Source of the DNA: an uncultured Candidatus Saccharibacteria bacterium
GTDB lineage: Bacteria > Patescibacteriota > Saccharimonadia > Saccharimonadales > JAGQNJ01
Reading direction: 5' to 3'
NCBI GenBank assembly: GCA_964426755.1
Contig: CAYRRR010000002.1
Location: forward strand, 1,459 to 65,458
Length of the DNA: 64,000 bases
The translations under genes were made by a program, and so were the position numbers. The notes below the pieces were generated by a model. That model searched no databases. It was not told where the DNA came from and worked only from the letters and a program-made list of their open reading frames with translations. This document shows positions 48,071-57,241 of this stretch, in pieces. How positions within the stretch are numbered: position 1 is the first letter of the stretch; each line of letters begins with the position of its first letter.

Positions 48071-48493
48071 ATGAATCCGAATGACAAAGATACGAATGAT
48101 ACCTTGCCAAATACAAACACGCCACCAGCCGAGCCAGTACCAAATACTAATAACTTGAATGAGCCGGCAGCAGCTGCTCCGGTTGTTGCTGAGGACAATC
48201 TTGTTGCGTCAGCCGAGCCAGCGTCTCCTTCTCCGATGTTAAATACCGAGGAAACTAATAATTCGGCTGCTCCAAGCGCGACAGACAACCTAAGTCCCAA
48301 TACACCTGCTGGGGCACAAAGTAATGACAGCGGTAATCCGACTACACCTGCGGGCTTGCCTGCGGCTCCTCTTGGCGGCAGTTCACTGCCTGCTGCGACA
48401 ACCGGGCCAAAGTCAAAAAAGATGCTTACAATTACGCTCGTTGTACTGGGCGTACTGGTGCTCTTGGTCGTTCTCGGAATGGTTTTAGCGTAA
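48071..48493 (+). CDS. Hypothetical Pro/Ala/Asn-rich protein with C-terminal TM anchor
   Basis: Low-complexity PAN-rich sequence ending in LTITLVVLGVLVLLVVLGMVLA. Confidence 0.4.
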   Translation: MNPNDKDTNDTLPNTNTPPAEPVPNTNNLNEPAAAAPVVAEDNLVASAEPASPSPMLNTEETNNSAAPSATDNLSPNTPAGAQSNDSGNPTTPAGLPAAPLGGSSLPAATTGPKSKKMLTITLVVLGVLVLLVVLGMVLA

Positions 48494-48519
48494 AACATTT
48501 AAACAAGTTTTTAGTTAAT

Positions 48520-48528
48520 TGTTATAAT
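48520..48528 (+). promoter_or_regulatory. Extended -10 element (TGtTATAAT) 7 nt upstream of the prfB ATG (leaderless-type)
   Basis: TGTTATAAT, then CAGGCCT, then ATG at 48536. No SD. Confidence 0.4.
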
Positions 48529-48535
48529 CAGGCCT

Positions 48536-49615
48536 ATGTCTGATATAACGGATTCTCTTCATTCGCTACATCATGAGATTCATGATGCAACTATGCGGCT
48601 TGGGATTAAAGAGCTAAGAGGCCAACTTGCAAAACTAGAACGCTCAACCCAGGAGCCATCATTCTGGAATGATTCGATGGCTGCTCAAGCTACGATGAAG
48701 CAAATCGCAAATCTTAAAAGCCGTATTGAGCCTTGGCTGGCATTGCAGCAGTCAGTGAACGACCTGAAAGAGCTTGATAGTCTTAAGGACCAAAGCCTGA
48801 GTGACGAGATTGTTCAACAATTTAAGCAAATCTCAAATGAGTTTGCGGTCAGAAAAAAGGATTTGTTATTTTCAGGACCGTATGACGATCATGGTGTTAT
48901 TTTAAGCCTTCATGCGGGAGCGGGAGGAACAGACGCTCAAGATTGGGCGCAAATGCTGCTCCGCATGTATGTACGTTGGGTTGAATCTGAGGGCGGTAAG
49001 CCAATGCTTATTGAACAATCAGCTGGTGATGAAGCGGGTATAAAAAGTGCAACGCTTCAAATTGATATACCGCTGGCATATGGAAAGTTAAAAGGGGAGC
49101 ATGGAGTTCATCGCTTGGTGCGCCTGAGTCCATATAATGCCGATAACCTTCGACAAACAAGCTTTGCTAAAGTCGATATTTTACCAAAGATTGATCGTCC
49201 AGATGAAGTGCAGCTTGATGAAAAAGACCTTAAGGTCGATGTTTACCGAGCTGGCGGTCATGGTGGTCAGTCAGTCAATACAACCGATTCGGCAGTGCGA
49301 ATAACTCATATACCCACCGGAATTACGGTGAGTATTCAAAACGAGCGTTCGCAGCTACAGAATAAAGAGACAGCGTTGACTATTTTGCGTTCTCGGCTTG
49401 CGCAATTACAGTTAGAACAACACAAAGACCGTTTGAGTGAATTAAAGGGGCCAAATCAATCAGCGGAATGGGGCAATCAAATTCGCAGTTACGTACTCCA
49501 TCCATATAAGCAGGTAAAAGATCTTCGCACGCGTTATGAAGTGAGTGACCCTGAAGATGTATTAAATGGTAATCTTAACGGTTTTATTGAGGCGTATCTT
49601 GATCACACAATGTAA
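48536..49615 (+). CDS. prfB: Peptide chain release factor 2 (uninterrupted ORF, no programmed frameshift)
   Basis: GGQ ([12 protein letters not shown]) and an RF2-type SPF-position tripeptide SPY. One continuous reading frame. Confidence 0.85.
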   Translation: MSDITDSLHSLHHEIHDATMRLGIKELRGQLAKLERSTQEPSFWNDSMAAQATMKQIANLKSRIEPWLALQQSVNDLKELDSLKDQSLSDEIVQQFKQISNEFAVRKKDLLFSGPYDDHGVILSLHAGAGGTDAQDWAQMLLRMYVRWVESEGGKPMLIEQSAGDEAGIKSATLQIDIPLAYGKLKGEHGVHRLVRLSPYNADNLRQTSFAKVDILPKIDRPDEVQLDEKDLKVDVYRAGGHGGQSVNTTDSAVRITHIPTGITVSIQNERSQLQNKETALTILRSRLAQLQLEQHKDRLSELKGPNQSAEWGNQIRSYVLHPYKQVKDLRTRYEVSDPEDVLNGNLNGFIEAYLDHTM

Positions 49616-49665
49616 GCATCAAGAATGCTTCTAAAGCATTATCAATTTGTTATAATGGAAACTAC

Positions 49666-50346
49666 ATGATTTTGTTAGATAGGGTAAGTAAGATCTACGG
49701 TAAAACAAATATCGCGCTTGATCGGGTAAGTCTTCATGTCCAACCGAAGGAGTTTGTGATCATAGTTGGCCCAAGCGGGGCCGGTAAATCAACGTTTCTT
49801 AAGTTGCTTACGCGCGAAGAACGTCCTTCAAATGGCAAGATAATTGTGGGTGGCATTGATTACGATCATCTTAAGGATAAGAAGATTCCTTTGCTGCGGC
49901 GTAAAATTGGGGTAGTATTTCAGGACTTTAAACTTCTGCCAAATAAAAATGTGTTTGAGAACGTAGCCTTTGCGCTAGAAATTGTAGGAATGGGTAATAA
50001 AGAAATCCAATACACGGTACCGCGCGTATTAAATATTGTAGGCCTAACCGGAAAAGAAAAAAGCTATCCAAAAGAATTGTCTGGGGGTGAACGACAGCGG
50101 GTAGCCATTGCTCGCTCAATAGCTCGACAGCCGAAAATTTTGATTGCCGATGAGCCAACAGGAAACTTAGATCCTAAACATGCCTGGGATGTCATTAAGG
50201 TGCTTGAAAAAATTAACCGTTACGGCACCACGGTACTGTTAACAACACACAATCAAGAAATAGTGAACAAGTTGAAGCGCCGGGTCATTACTATTAAGGC
50301 CGGTAAAGTAGTGGGTGACCGAATTGGTGGGGAGTATAAAACTTGA
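49666..50346 (+). CDS. ftsE: Cell division ABC ATPase FtsE
   Basis: Walker A GPSGAGKST, ABC signature LSGGERQR and Walker B ILIADEP. Ends in TGA. Confidence 0.9.
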   Translation: MILLDRVSKIYGKTNIALDRVSLHVQPKEFVIIVGPSGAGKSTFLKLLTREERPSNGKIIVGGIDYDHLKDKKIPLLRRKIGVVFQDFKLLPNKNVFENVAFALEIVGMGNKEIQYTVPRVLNIVGLTGKEKSYPKELSGGERQRVAIARSIARQPKILIADEPTGNLDPKHAWDVIKVLEKINRYGTTVLLTTHNQEIVNKLKRRVITIKAGKVVGDRIGGEYKT

Positions 50347-51290
50347 TGCGCCGGAGATTAATTACGTTATCTCGAATTTTAAAAGGTGGTTTAACCAATT
50401 TGATTCGTAATGCTTGGCTGACCGTAGCAGCAATTGCGGTCATGGTAATCACTCTTACGATTGTATTATTCTCGGTAATTGCCAATGCTACCTTTGCAAA
50501 TACTATTCAACAGATAACCGACAAAATAGATATATCGGTATATCTATTAGATGGTACGTCAGAAGAAGACAAGGATATGATTATTGAAGATCTACAGAAG
50601 TTTAATAATGTTCGGGAGGTCGTATACTTAACAAAAGAGCAAGCACGCGATGAATTTATTGAAAATAATGAAGATGATATTGACTTAAGGCTGTCAATTG
50701 CTCAAGCCGGCGAAAATCCTATTCCAGCCACGATTCGAATTAAACCGGTTGATGTAAACAAGCTAGAAGAACTTAACCAAGATATCAACAAGCAGAACTG
50801 GAGTGAATTTATACTCGAGATTTCTTACCAAAAAGATCGCAAAACGGCTATTGATAACATAGCTAATGCCACCACCTTCTTTAGAAAAGCGGGGGTAGCA
50901 GGGGTGGCGGTCTTCGCCCTTATCTCAATGCTGATTATCTTTAATACGTTAAGAATGGCTATCTTTAATCGACGCGAAGAACTTAATATTATGCGCTTGC
51001 TTGGGGCCAGTACCTCATACATACGCGGACCGTTTGTTGTCGAAACAGTAATGTATGGTATTGTAGCAGCGATAATATCCGTTGCTTTATGTAATGCAAT
51101 ATTCGTTGTTTCGTCAACAGCCTTTGGCGCAAGCAGTCTCGGATTATTGGACCTAACATTTGCAAATGAATATTTCGCAAAAAACTTCTGGAAAATCTTG
51201 GCCATACAATTAACCATCGGTATACTAATCGGGGGCGTTTCTTCATTAATTGCCACACGCCGCTATCTAAAATTTAAGACGTCAAAATAA
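50346..51290 (+). CDS. ftsX: Cell division permease FtsX
   Basis: Four-TM FtsX topology with a large extracellular loop. ATGA overlap with ftsE. Confidence 0.8.
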   Translation: MRRRLITLSRILKGGLTNLIRNAWLTVAAIAVMVITLTIVLFSVIANATFANTIQQITDKIDISVYLLDGTSEEDKDMIIEDLQKFNNVREVVYLTKEQARDEFIENNEDDIDLRLSIAQAGENPIPATIRIKPVDVNKLEELNQDINKQNWSEFILEISYQKDRKTAIDNIANATTFFRKAGVAGVAVFALISMLIIFNTLRMAIFNRREELNIMRLLGASTSYIRGPFVVETVMYGIVAAIISVALCNAIFVVSSTAFGASSLGLLDLTFANEYFAKNFWKILAIQLTIGILIGGVSSLIATRRYLKFKTSK

Positions 51291-51357
51291 CGTTTCGGCC
51301 TTAAAAAGCTCCTCGCACTGACGGAGCTTTTTAAGGGTCAGAGACACTTTACGCATA

Positions 51358-52533
51358 TTGGAGGGCCATGATACAATGCTAACGGTTACATCACTAAAAC
51401 AAACAATTATGACTAAAATAAAATTGCTAACTAACAACGTTATTAAAACATCCAAAATAGGCTTGCTTGGGTTGGGTGCGTTGATTTTAATCGGCGGTTC
51501 GTTTGCTAGCATTAATATGGTACGAGCTCAGTCTTTACAAGATCAAATTAATGAATTAAAAAATCAAAATGCTCAAAATCGCAGTGCGGTCGAGAAATTA
51601 CGACAAATTGCAACAAGCTATCATAACGCGATAGAGGTACTTGAGCACGATATTGAGGAGACCGAGAAGGCGATCCAGGTTAGTACACAGCGCCAAGCAG
51701 AGCTTGAAAAGGCTATAGCTGAAGCCGAAGCCGAACTTGCACGTCAACAAAACCTCCTTGGTAAGAATATCCGAGCCATGTACGTAGAGGGTGATGTATC
51801 CACTTTAGTGATGCTAGCATCTAGTAAAGACCTCAGCGAATTCGTTGATAAACAACAATACCGTAACTCTGTTAAAAATAAAATCGTCTCAACCCTTACA
51901 AAGATTAATGAACTGAAGCATCAGCTAAAAACTCAAAAAGAACAAGTAGAAACAGAAATTAAAGAACAAAATAATAGTCGCGCACAGCTGGCCGCAGCAC
52001 GGAGTGAACAGGCAAGACTACTCTCAATGAACCAATCAGAGCAAGCAGAGTTTAATGCAAAAACGAAAGCTAACGAAGCTAAAATTCATGAATTGCAAGC
52101 CGCACAACGTGCTTTAGCGCGCAGTATTGCGTCAGGGAACTTTGTCAGTCAAGGGCCTGTTAAGCAGGGCGATACCATAGGGCGAGTTGGCAATACAGGC
52201 TTTTCGACTGGCGCTCATCTGCATTTTGAAGCCATAACTAGTGGCGGACAAGACGTTAATCCTAATAATTATATCGGTAACGGATGGATTCGTCCGGTTG
52301 AGGGTGGGTTTGTCTCGCAGGGCTATGGTGTTGCTAATAGTTGGTACGTAAAGGGGTATCATACCGGTATCGACTATGCCGGTGTTACTGGAAGGCCGGT
52401 TTTAGCTGCAGCAGATGGTGAAATTGTATGGCGCGGCTGCAAGGGTTCATGTAACGCAAGCTACGGTTACTATGTACTAATACGACATAATGATGGTATG
52501 TTTAGTCTATACGCACATATGCAAATACCTTGA
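51358..52533 (+). CDS. Coiled-coil M23 peptidase (EnvC/RipC-like FtsEX-associated hydrolase)
   Basis: N-terminal TM, long coiled-coil and a C-terminal LytM/M23 domain (GAHLHFE...GYH...ID). Confidence 0.78.
   Translation: MEGHDTMLTVTSLKQTIMTKIKLLTNNVIKTSKIGLLGLGALILIGGSFASINMVRAQSLQDQINELKNQNAQNRSAVEKLRQIATSYHNAIEVLEHDIEETEKAIQVSTQRQAELEKAIAEAEAELARQQNLLGKNIRAMYVEGDVSTLVMLASSKDLSEFVDKQQYRNSVKNKIVSTLTKINELKHQLKTQKEQVETEIKEQNNSRAQLAAARSEQARLLSMNQSEQAEFNAKTKANEAKIHELQAAQRALARSIASGNFVSQGPVKQGDTIGRVGNTGFSTGAHLHFEAITSGGQDVNPNNYIGNGWIRPVEGGFVSQGYGVANSWYVKGYHTGIDYAGVTGRPVLAAADGEIVWRGCKGSCNASYGYYVLIRHNDGMFSLYAHMQIP
51724..51927 (+). repeat. 204-bp direct repeat copy 1 (identical to 52863-53066)
   Basis: Nucleotide-for-nucleotide identity by inspection. 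Encodes AEAELARQQNLLGKNIRAMYVEGDVSTLVMLASSKDLSEFVDKQQYRNSVKNKIVSTLTKINELKHQL. Confidence 0.9.
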
Positions 52534-52544
52534 GGTAACAGACC

Positions 52545-53699
52545 ATGAAACAAATAAAGTTGTTCGCTCACAAAGAATATAAGCACTTCAGGCGAGCTCT
52601 TTGTTTCATTGCCGTATTATTAATGGTATGCACCAGTGGAGTTCCCGGATTGCAAAATGTGCGCGCTCAATCAATTCAAGACCAAATCCGAGCACTAGAG
52701 CGCGAGAATCAGCAAAATAGAAGTATTGTGCAGCGCTTAAGAGAAGAAGCAACCAGCTACGAAGACGCCATTAAGCGTTTGCAGGCAGAGATCGATACAC
52801 TCCAGGGGCAAATTGATATCAATATATCTGAGCAAGAACGGTTAAAGAAAGAAATAGAACTTGCCGAAGCCGAACTTGCACGTCAACAAAACCTCCTTGG
52901 TAAGAATATCCGAGCCATGTACGTAGAGGGTGATGTATCCACTTTAGTGATGCTAGCATCTAGTAAAGACCTCAGCGAATTCGTTGATAAACAACAATAC
53001 CGTAACTCTGTTAAAAATAAAATCGTCTCAACCCTTACAAAGATTAATGAACTGAAGCATCAGCTACGTGGACAGAAAGAGCAGATTGATAAGTTACTTA
53101 AGCAGCAAGTTGATCAACAAGCACAGCTTGCTAGCAGCCGATCTGAGCAACGAAATTTGCTATCGTTCAATCGAACACAGCAAGCTGAATTTAACGAAAA
53201 AACTAAACATAATCAAAACCGTATCGCTGAGCTGATAGCTGCTCAGCGGCGTGCGAATGATTCGGCATCGGGCATGCAATTTATACGTGTGCCAGGAGCT
53301 GTACGGACTCATGATAGTAACATTGACGATTATCCATACAAACACTATGGACATAGTCAAATTGATGAGCCATGTCCCGGTCCGCCACGAACGGCAGACT
53401 CAACTGACAGATGGGGTTACTGTACGCGCCAATGCGTCTCGTATGTTGCCTGGGCGATTGAGCGATCCGGTAGGGCTGCTCCACGAGGTTGGGGAGATGC
53501 CAAGAACTGGGTATGGATGGCTCCATCAAGCTGGATTGTATCGCATCCTGCTCCGGGAGATATCGCAGTTATAACGGCTGGAACATGGGGCCATGTTATG
53601 TATGTAGAGCGAGTCGAAGGAAGTAAAATTCTTGTTTCTGAATATAATCAGCGACTTGATGGCCGTTATCGAAACGATCGTTGGCTATCAATTAGATAG
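52545..53699 (+). CDS. Coiled-coil CHAP-domain amidase/peptidase (PcsB-like)
   Basis: Coiled-coil N-terminal part paralogous to the upstream gene. C-terminal CHAP (CTRQCVSYVAW..., GHVMYVE). Confidence 0.75.
   Translation: MKQIKLFAHKEYKHFRRALCFIAVLLMVCTSGVPGLQNVRAQSIQDQIRALERENQQNRSIVQRLREEATSYEDAIKRLQAEIDTLQGQIDINISEQERLKKEIELAEAELARQQNLLGKNIRAMYVEGDVSTLVMLASSKDLSEFVDKQQYRNSVKNKIVSTLTKINELKHQLRGQKEQIDKLLKQQVDQQAQLASSRSEQRNLLSFNRTQQAEFNEKTKHNQNRIAELIAAQRRANDSASGMQFIRVPGAVRTHDSNIDDYPYKHYGHSQIDEPCPGPPRTADSTDRWGYCTRQCVSYVAWAIERSGRAAPRGWGDAKNWVWMAPSSWIVSHPAPGDIAVITAGTWGHVMYVERVEGSKILVSEYNQRLDGRYRNDRWLSIR
52863..53066 (+). repeat. 204-bp direct repeat copy 2 (identical to 51724-51927)
   Basis: Same 204 nt as copy 1, sitting in the paralogous coiled-coil segment. 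Confidence 0.9.
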
Positions 53700-53764
53700 T
53701 TATTACTAGTCTTGATGCCAAGACTTAGCTATACTTATTGCATATGGTAGGGGCAATATAACGA

Positions 53765-54964
53765 ATGGCGCCAAACAACCGGCTGCCAGCCAAAAAGCAC
53801 AAACTTCTAAAACTGAGCGTAATAGTTGCGGCATTTAGCTTGGTTTTTTTAACAGGTTTCGGTGTTGGTAGTGGTCAAATATCGTTCAGCGGCAATCAAT
53901 CGCATCAGACTGCGAAGCTGCCACCCAACTTAAATTATGGTTCAGTTGAGAAAATTTATGACCTTTTGCGCAAGCAATATGACGGCACACTGGAGGAAGG
54001 GGCGCTACTTGATGGATTAAAGCGTGGCATGGTTCAAGCAGCCGGTGATCCATATACGGAATACTTGTCGGCAGAGCAGGCCCGGGATTTTGATGAAGAG
54101 CTAAATGGTTCATTTAGTGGCATTGGCGCTGAACTAGGCAAAGAAGGGGATAGCATTGTTATTGTTGCTCCAATTGCTAATTTTCCGGCTCAAAAGGCAG
54201 GCTTGAAGGCTCGTGATGTCATAGTAGAAATTAACGGTGAGTCAGCCTATGGTCTTAGTATTAGCGAGGCAGTTCAGAAGATTAGGGGTCCACAAGATAC
54301 ACAGGTGAATCTAAAGGTTCTTCGCAATGAAAGCGAGCCGCTAGAGTTCACAATCACACGACAGCAAATTACAGTGCCAAGTGTGGAGTCAAAAAAACTG
54401 GAGGGTAACATCGGCTATATAAAAATTAGTCGTTTTTCAGATGATACAGCTTCACTTGCACGAGAAGCAGCCAACAGTTTAAAGGCAACAAAAATAAATG
54501 CGGTCATTCTTGATTTACGCGGTAATCCGGGTGGGCTACTTGATTCAGCAGTGGATATTTCAAGTTTATGGTTGCCCTCATCGCAAAAAGTACTTGAGGA
54601 AAAACGAGATAACGTCGTGATAAAAACATACTACGCAAATGGCAGTCCGGTATTGCAAGGTGTACCTACTATTGTGATGATTGATGGTGGTAGTGCGAGC
54701 GCCAGCGAGATTGTTGCCGGTGCCCTAAAGGATAATAATGCTGCGACGTTGCTTGGAGATACTTCATATGGCAAGGGTAGTGTACAATCTATAGAACGTC
54801 TGTCCGATGGGTCTGCGCTCAAAGTCACGATTGCACGATGGTTTACCCCAGGCGGACGTAATATTGATAAAGAAGGTATAGAACCAGACCAAAAAATTGA
54901 ACAAACAAATAGTTCAATAGAAGATAAACAGCTTGATGCAGCAATACGTGCACTACAAAAGTAA
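53765..54964 (+). CDS. ctpA: C-terminal processing protease (S41) with PDZ
   Basis: PDZ plus S41 motifs (LDLRGNPGGLLDS, catalytic Ser/Lys context). Confidence 0.85.
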   Translation: MAPNNRLPAKKHKLLKLSVIVAAFSLVFLTGFGVGSGQISFSGNQSHQTAKLPPNLNYGSVEKIYDLLRKQYDGTLEEGALLDGLKRGMVQAAGDPYTEYLSAEQARDFDEELNGSFSGIGAELGKEGDSIVIVAPIANFPAQKAGLKARDVIVEINGESAYGLSISEAVQKIRGPQDTQVNLKVLRNESEPLEFTITRQQITVPSVESKKLEGNIGYIKISRFSDDTASLAREAANSLKATKINAVILDLRGNPGGLLDSAVDISSLWLPSSQKVLEEKRDNVVIKTYYANGSPVLQGVPTIVMIDGGSASASEIVAGALKDNNAATLLGDTSYGKGSVQSIERLSDGSALKVTIARWFTPGGRNIDKEGIEPDQKIEQTNSSIEDKQLDAAIRALQK

Positions 54965-55029
54965 ATCTTTAAGCGTTATCAGGAATATGGTACTATCATT
55001 GTCGTATATAAGTTTATGGGAGAAAAGAC

Positions 55030-56640
55030 GTGGCGCTGAATAAACAGCGGACTAAGTATATTTTTGTAACGGGGGGTGTGCTTTCTGGTCTTGGCAAGGG
55101 TATTTCAGCCGCTTCAATCGGACACCTCTTAAAAGCACGAGGGCTTAACGTCAACATCCAAAAATGTGACCCATATCTTAATGTTGATGCTGGCCTATTG
55201 AATCCTCGTGAACATGGTGAGTGCTTTGTGACGCACGACGGTGCCGAGACTGATCTCGATCTTGGTCACTATGAACGCTTTCTTGATCAAGAGTTAAGTA
55301 GCTCCAGCTCGTTAATGAGCGGTCGCGTATTGCTAAAGGTAATTCAGGATGAACGCGCAGGTAAATATGAAGGTGATGACGTACAGATAATTCCGCACTT
55401 TACGTCAGCTATTCAGCGATTTATTACCGATGCAGCACAAGGATATGATGTACATATTGTTGAAATTGGCGGAACCGTAGGTGATTACGAGTCGCTTAGC
55501 TTCATTGAGGCAATTCGTGAGCTTGGAATTAGTGTTGGGCTTGAGAACTGCTTATATGTCCACGTAGTGTACCTTCCGTTTTTAGGGGCAAGCCAAGAAA
55601 CTAAAACCAAGCCTGCTCAGAACTCAGTTCGAGAATTGCGCGGTTTGGGTATTAGTCCGGATATCTTAGTCGCACGGAGCGAACGTCCGGCAAACCCTAA
55701 CGTAAAAAATAAACTTAGCTTGTATTCTGGCGTACCCAAAGAAGCTATCGCTTTGCTACCCAATGCCTCAAGTATTTACCAGGTTCCGCTAACGCTTGAG
55801 GATACTGGCATTGCAGATGTTATTGCTAAAAAACTTGACCTAAAAGCAAAAAAGCCCGACCTAAAACAATGGCGCCAAGTCGTCAAGCGTGCTACCACTA
55901 ACCATAAGCGTAAACTGACAATAGGTCTGATTGCAAAATATATGGACAATACCGATACCTATATTTCAGTTTTTGAAGCTCTGCGAGCCGCCGCTTGGCT
56001 AAATGATTATAATCTTAAAATAAAATGGATCGATGCTGAAAAGTTAAAGAAAACACGCGATATTGAACGCGCACTTAAAGATGTTTGCGGCATCGTGGTG
56101 CCAGGTGGGTTCGGAACGCGCGGGCTTGAGGGTAAGATTCTAACTGCCCAATACGCGCTTAAAAACAAAATTCCCTACTTAGGTCTCTGTTTGGGAATGC
56201 AAATGGCCGTTATTGCTGCGGCTCGTAATGCTGGACATAAAAAGGCGACAACAATAGAGCTTGATCCAACAGGCGACATGCGCGTCATTGATATTATGGG
56301 TGATCAGGTAGGTAAAGAAAGCACTGGTGGCACCATGCGTCTCGGTGATTACCCCTGTAAGCTTGAAAAGGGTAGCTTGGCCGCAAAACTATATAAGACA
56401 GAAGTCATCACAGAGCGCCATCGCCATCGTTGTGAGGCCAATAACGCGTTTCGTGATAAATACCAAACATGGGGTATTAAAGCAGCGGGCACCTCTCCCG
56501 ATGGTTCGTTGGTGGAAATAATTGAAGCGACAGACCATCCATTTTTTATAGCTAGTCAATTTCACCCAGAATTTAAATCTCGTCCCCACAAAGCGCATCC
56601 GCTGTTCAGCGGCTTTATGCAAGCCTGTGCTAAGCGTTAA
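55030..56640 (+). CDS. pyrG: CTP synthase
   Basis: KYIFVTGGVLSGLGKG N-terminus and GATase domain (GLCLGMQ). Confidence 0.93.
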   Translation: MALNKQRTKYIFVTGGVLSGLGKGISAASIGHLLKARGLNVNIQKCDPYLNVDAGLLNPREHGECFVTHDGAETDLDLGHYERFLDQELSSSSSLMSGRVLLKVIQDERAGKYEGDDVQIIPHFTSAIQRFITDAAQGYDVHIVEIGGTVGDYESLSFIEAIRELGISVGLENCLYVHVVYLPFLGASQETKTKPAQNSVRELRGLGISPDILVARSERPANPNVKNKLSLYSGVPKEAIALLPNASSIYQVPLTLEDTGIADVIAKKLDLKAKKPDLKQWRQVVKRATTNHKRKLTIGLIAKYMDNTDTYISVFEALRAAAWLNDYNLKIKWIDAEKLKKTRDIERALKDVCGIVVPGGFGTRGLEGKILTAQYALKNKIPYLGLCLGMQMAVIAAARNAGHKKATTIELDPTGDMRVIDIMGDQVGKESTGGTMRLGDYPCKLEKGSLAAKLYKTEVITERHRHRCEANNAFRDKYQTWGIKAAGTSPDGSLVEIIEATDHPFFIASQFHPEFKSRPHKAHPLFSGFMQACAKR

Positions 56641-56680
56641 AGTATTGCGGTGTCAGATAAAGTAGGGTAGCATAAGTAAC

Positions 56681-57079
56681 ATGAATGTAAACGCAAACAA
56701 TCACACAAAAAAAATTCTTTTAGTTGAAGATGACGACAGCCTAGCAAATGTCTATCTTGCTCGCTTAGAGGTTGAAGGTTTTCAAGTAAGACGAGTACCA
56801 AACGGAGAAGACGCGCTTGCGGCCGCAGTAGAGTTTAAACCAGACCTTGTACTGCTGGATGTTATGATGCCAAAAGTCAGCGGATTTGATGTGCTTGATA
56901 TTTTACGAAACACACCAGAAACCGCCAATCTTAAAATTGTGATGCTAACAGCGTTGAGCCAGGCTAACGACAAATCAAAAGCCGATCAGTTAGGTGCCGA
57001 CGATTATCTTGTAAAGTCGCAAGTAGTGATTGCCGATGTTATTGAGCGCATCAAGCATCATCTTGGCGTCCACGACTAG
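56681..57079 (+). CDS. Stand-alone response regulator receiver (CheY-like)
   Basis: KILLVEDDD, phospho-acceptor D in LLDVMMP and conserved K in LVKS. No output domain. Confidence 0.8.
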   Translation: MNVNANNHTKKILLVEDDDSLANVYLARLEVEGFQVRRVPNGEDALAAAVEFKPDLVLLDVMMPKVSGFDVLDILRNTPETANLKIVMLTALSQANDKSKADQLGADDYLVKSQVVIADVIERIKHHLGVHD

Positions 57080-57176
57080 ATCATTCGTATATATCAAGCT
57101 GTTTCGTACTGCTCCTTGTAATTGGTGGTGTCTTTCTTTTGTTGATTCAAGCGGCTTCAACGGGGCTAATTAGACA

Positions 57177-57205
57177 TTGACAATAACAACAAAGTATGAT
57201 AATAT
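57177..57205 (+). promoter_or_regulatory. Near-consensus sigma-70 promoter upstream of the FHA-PP2C gene
   Basis: TTGACA, 17-nt spacer, TGaTAATAT (extended -10). Confidence 0.55.
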
Positions 57206-57241
57206 ACTAATTGTTACTAAATTAGATACTTTAGTTTTTCT

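Noticed and set aside
48536-48640. Programmed +1 frameshift site in prfB
   Set aside because: The reading frame is continuous from ATG 48536. No internal UGA or CUU-UGA-C slippery context was found in the first 40 codons.
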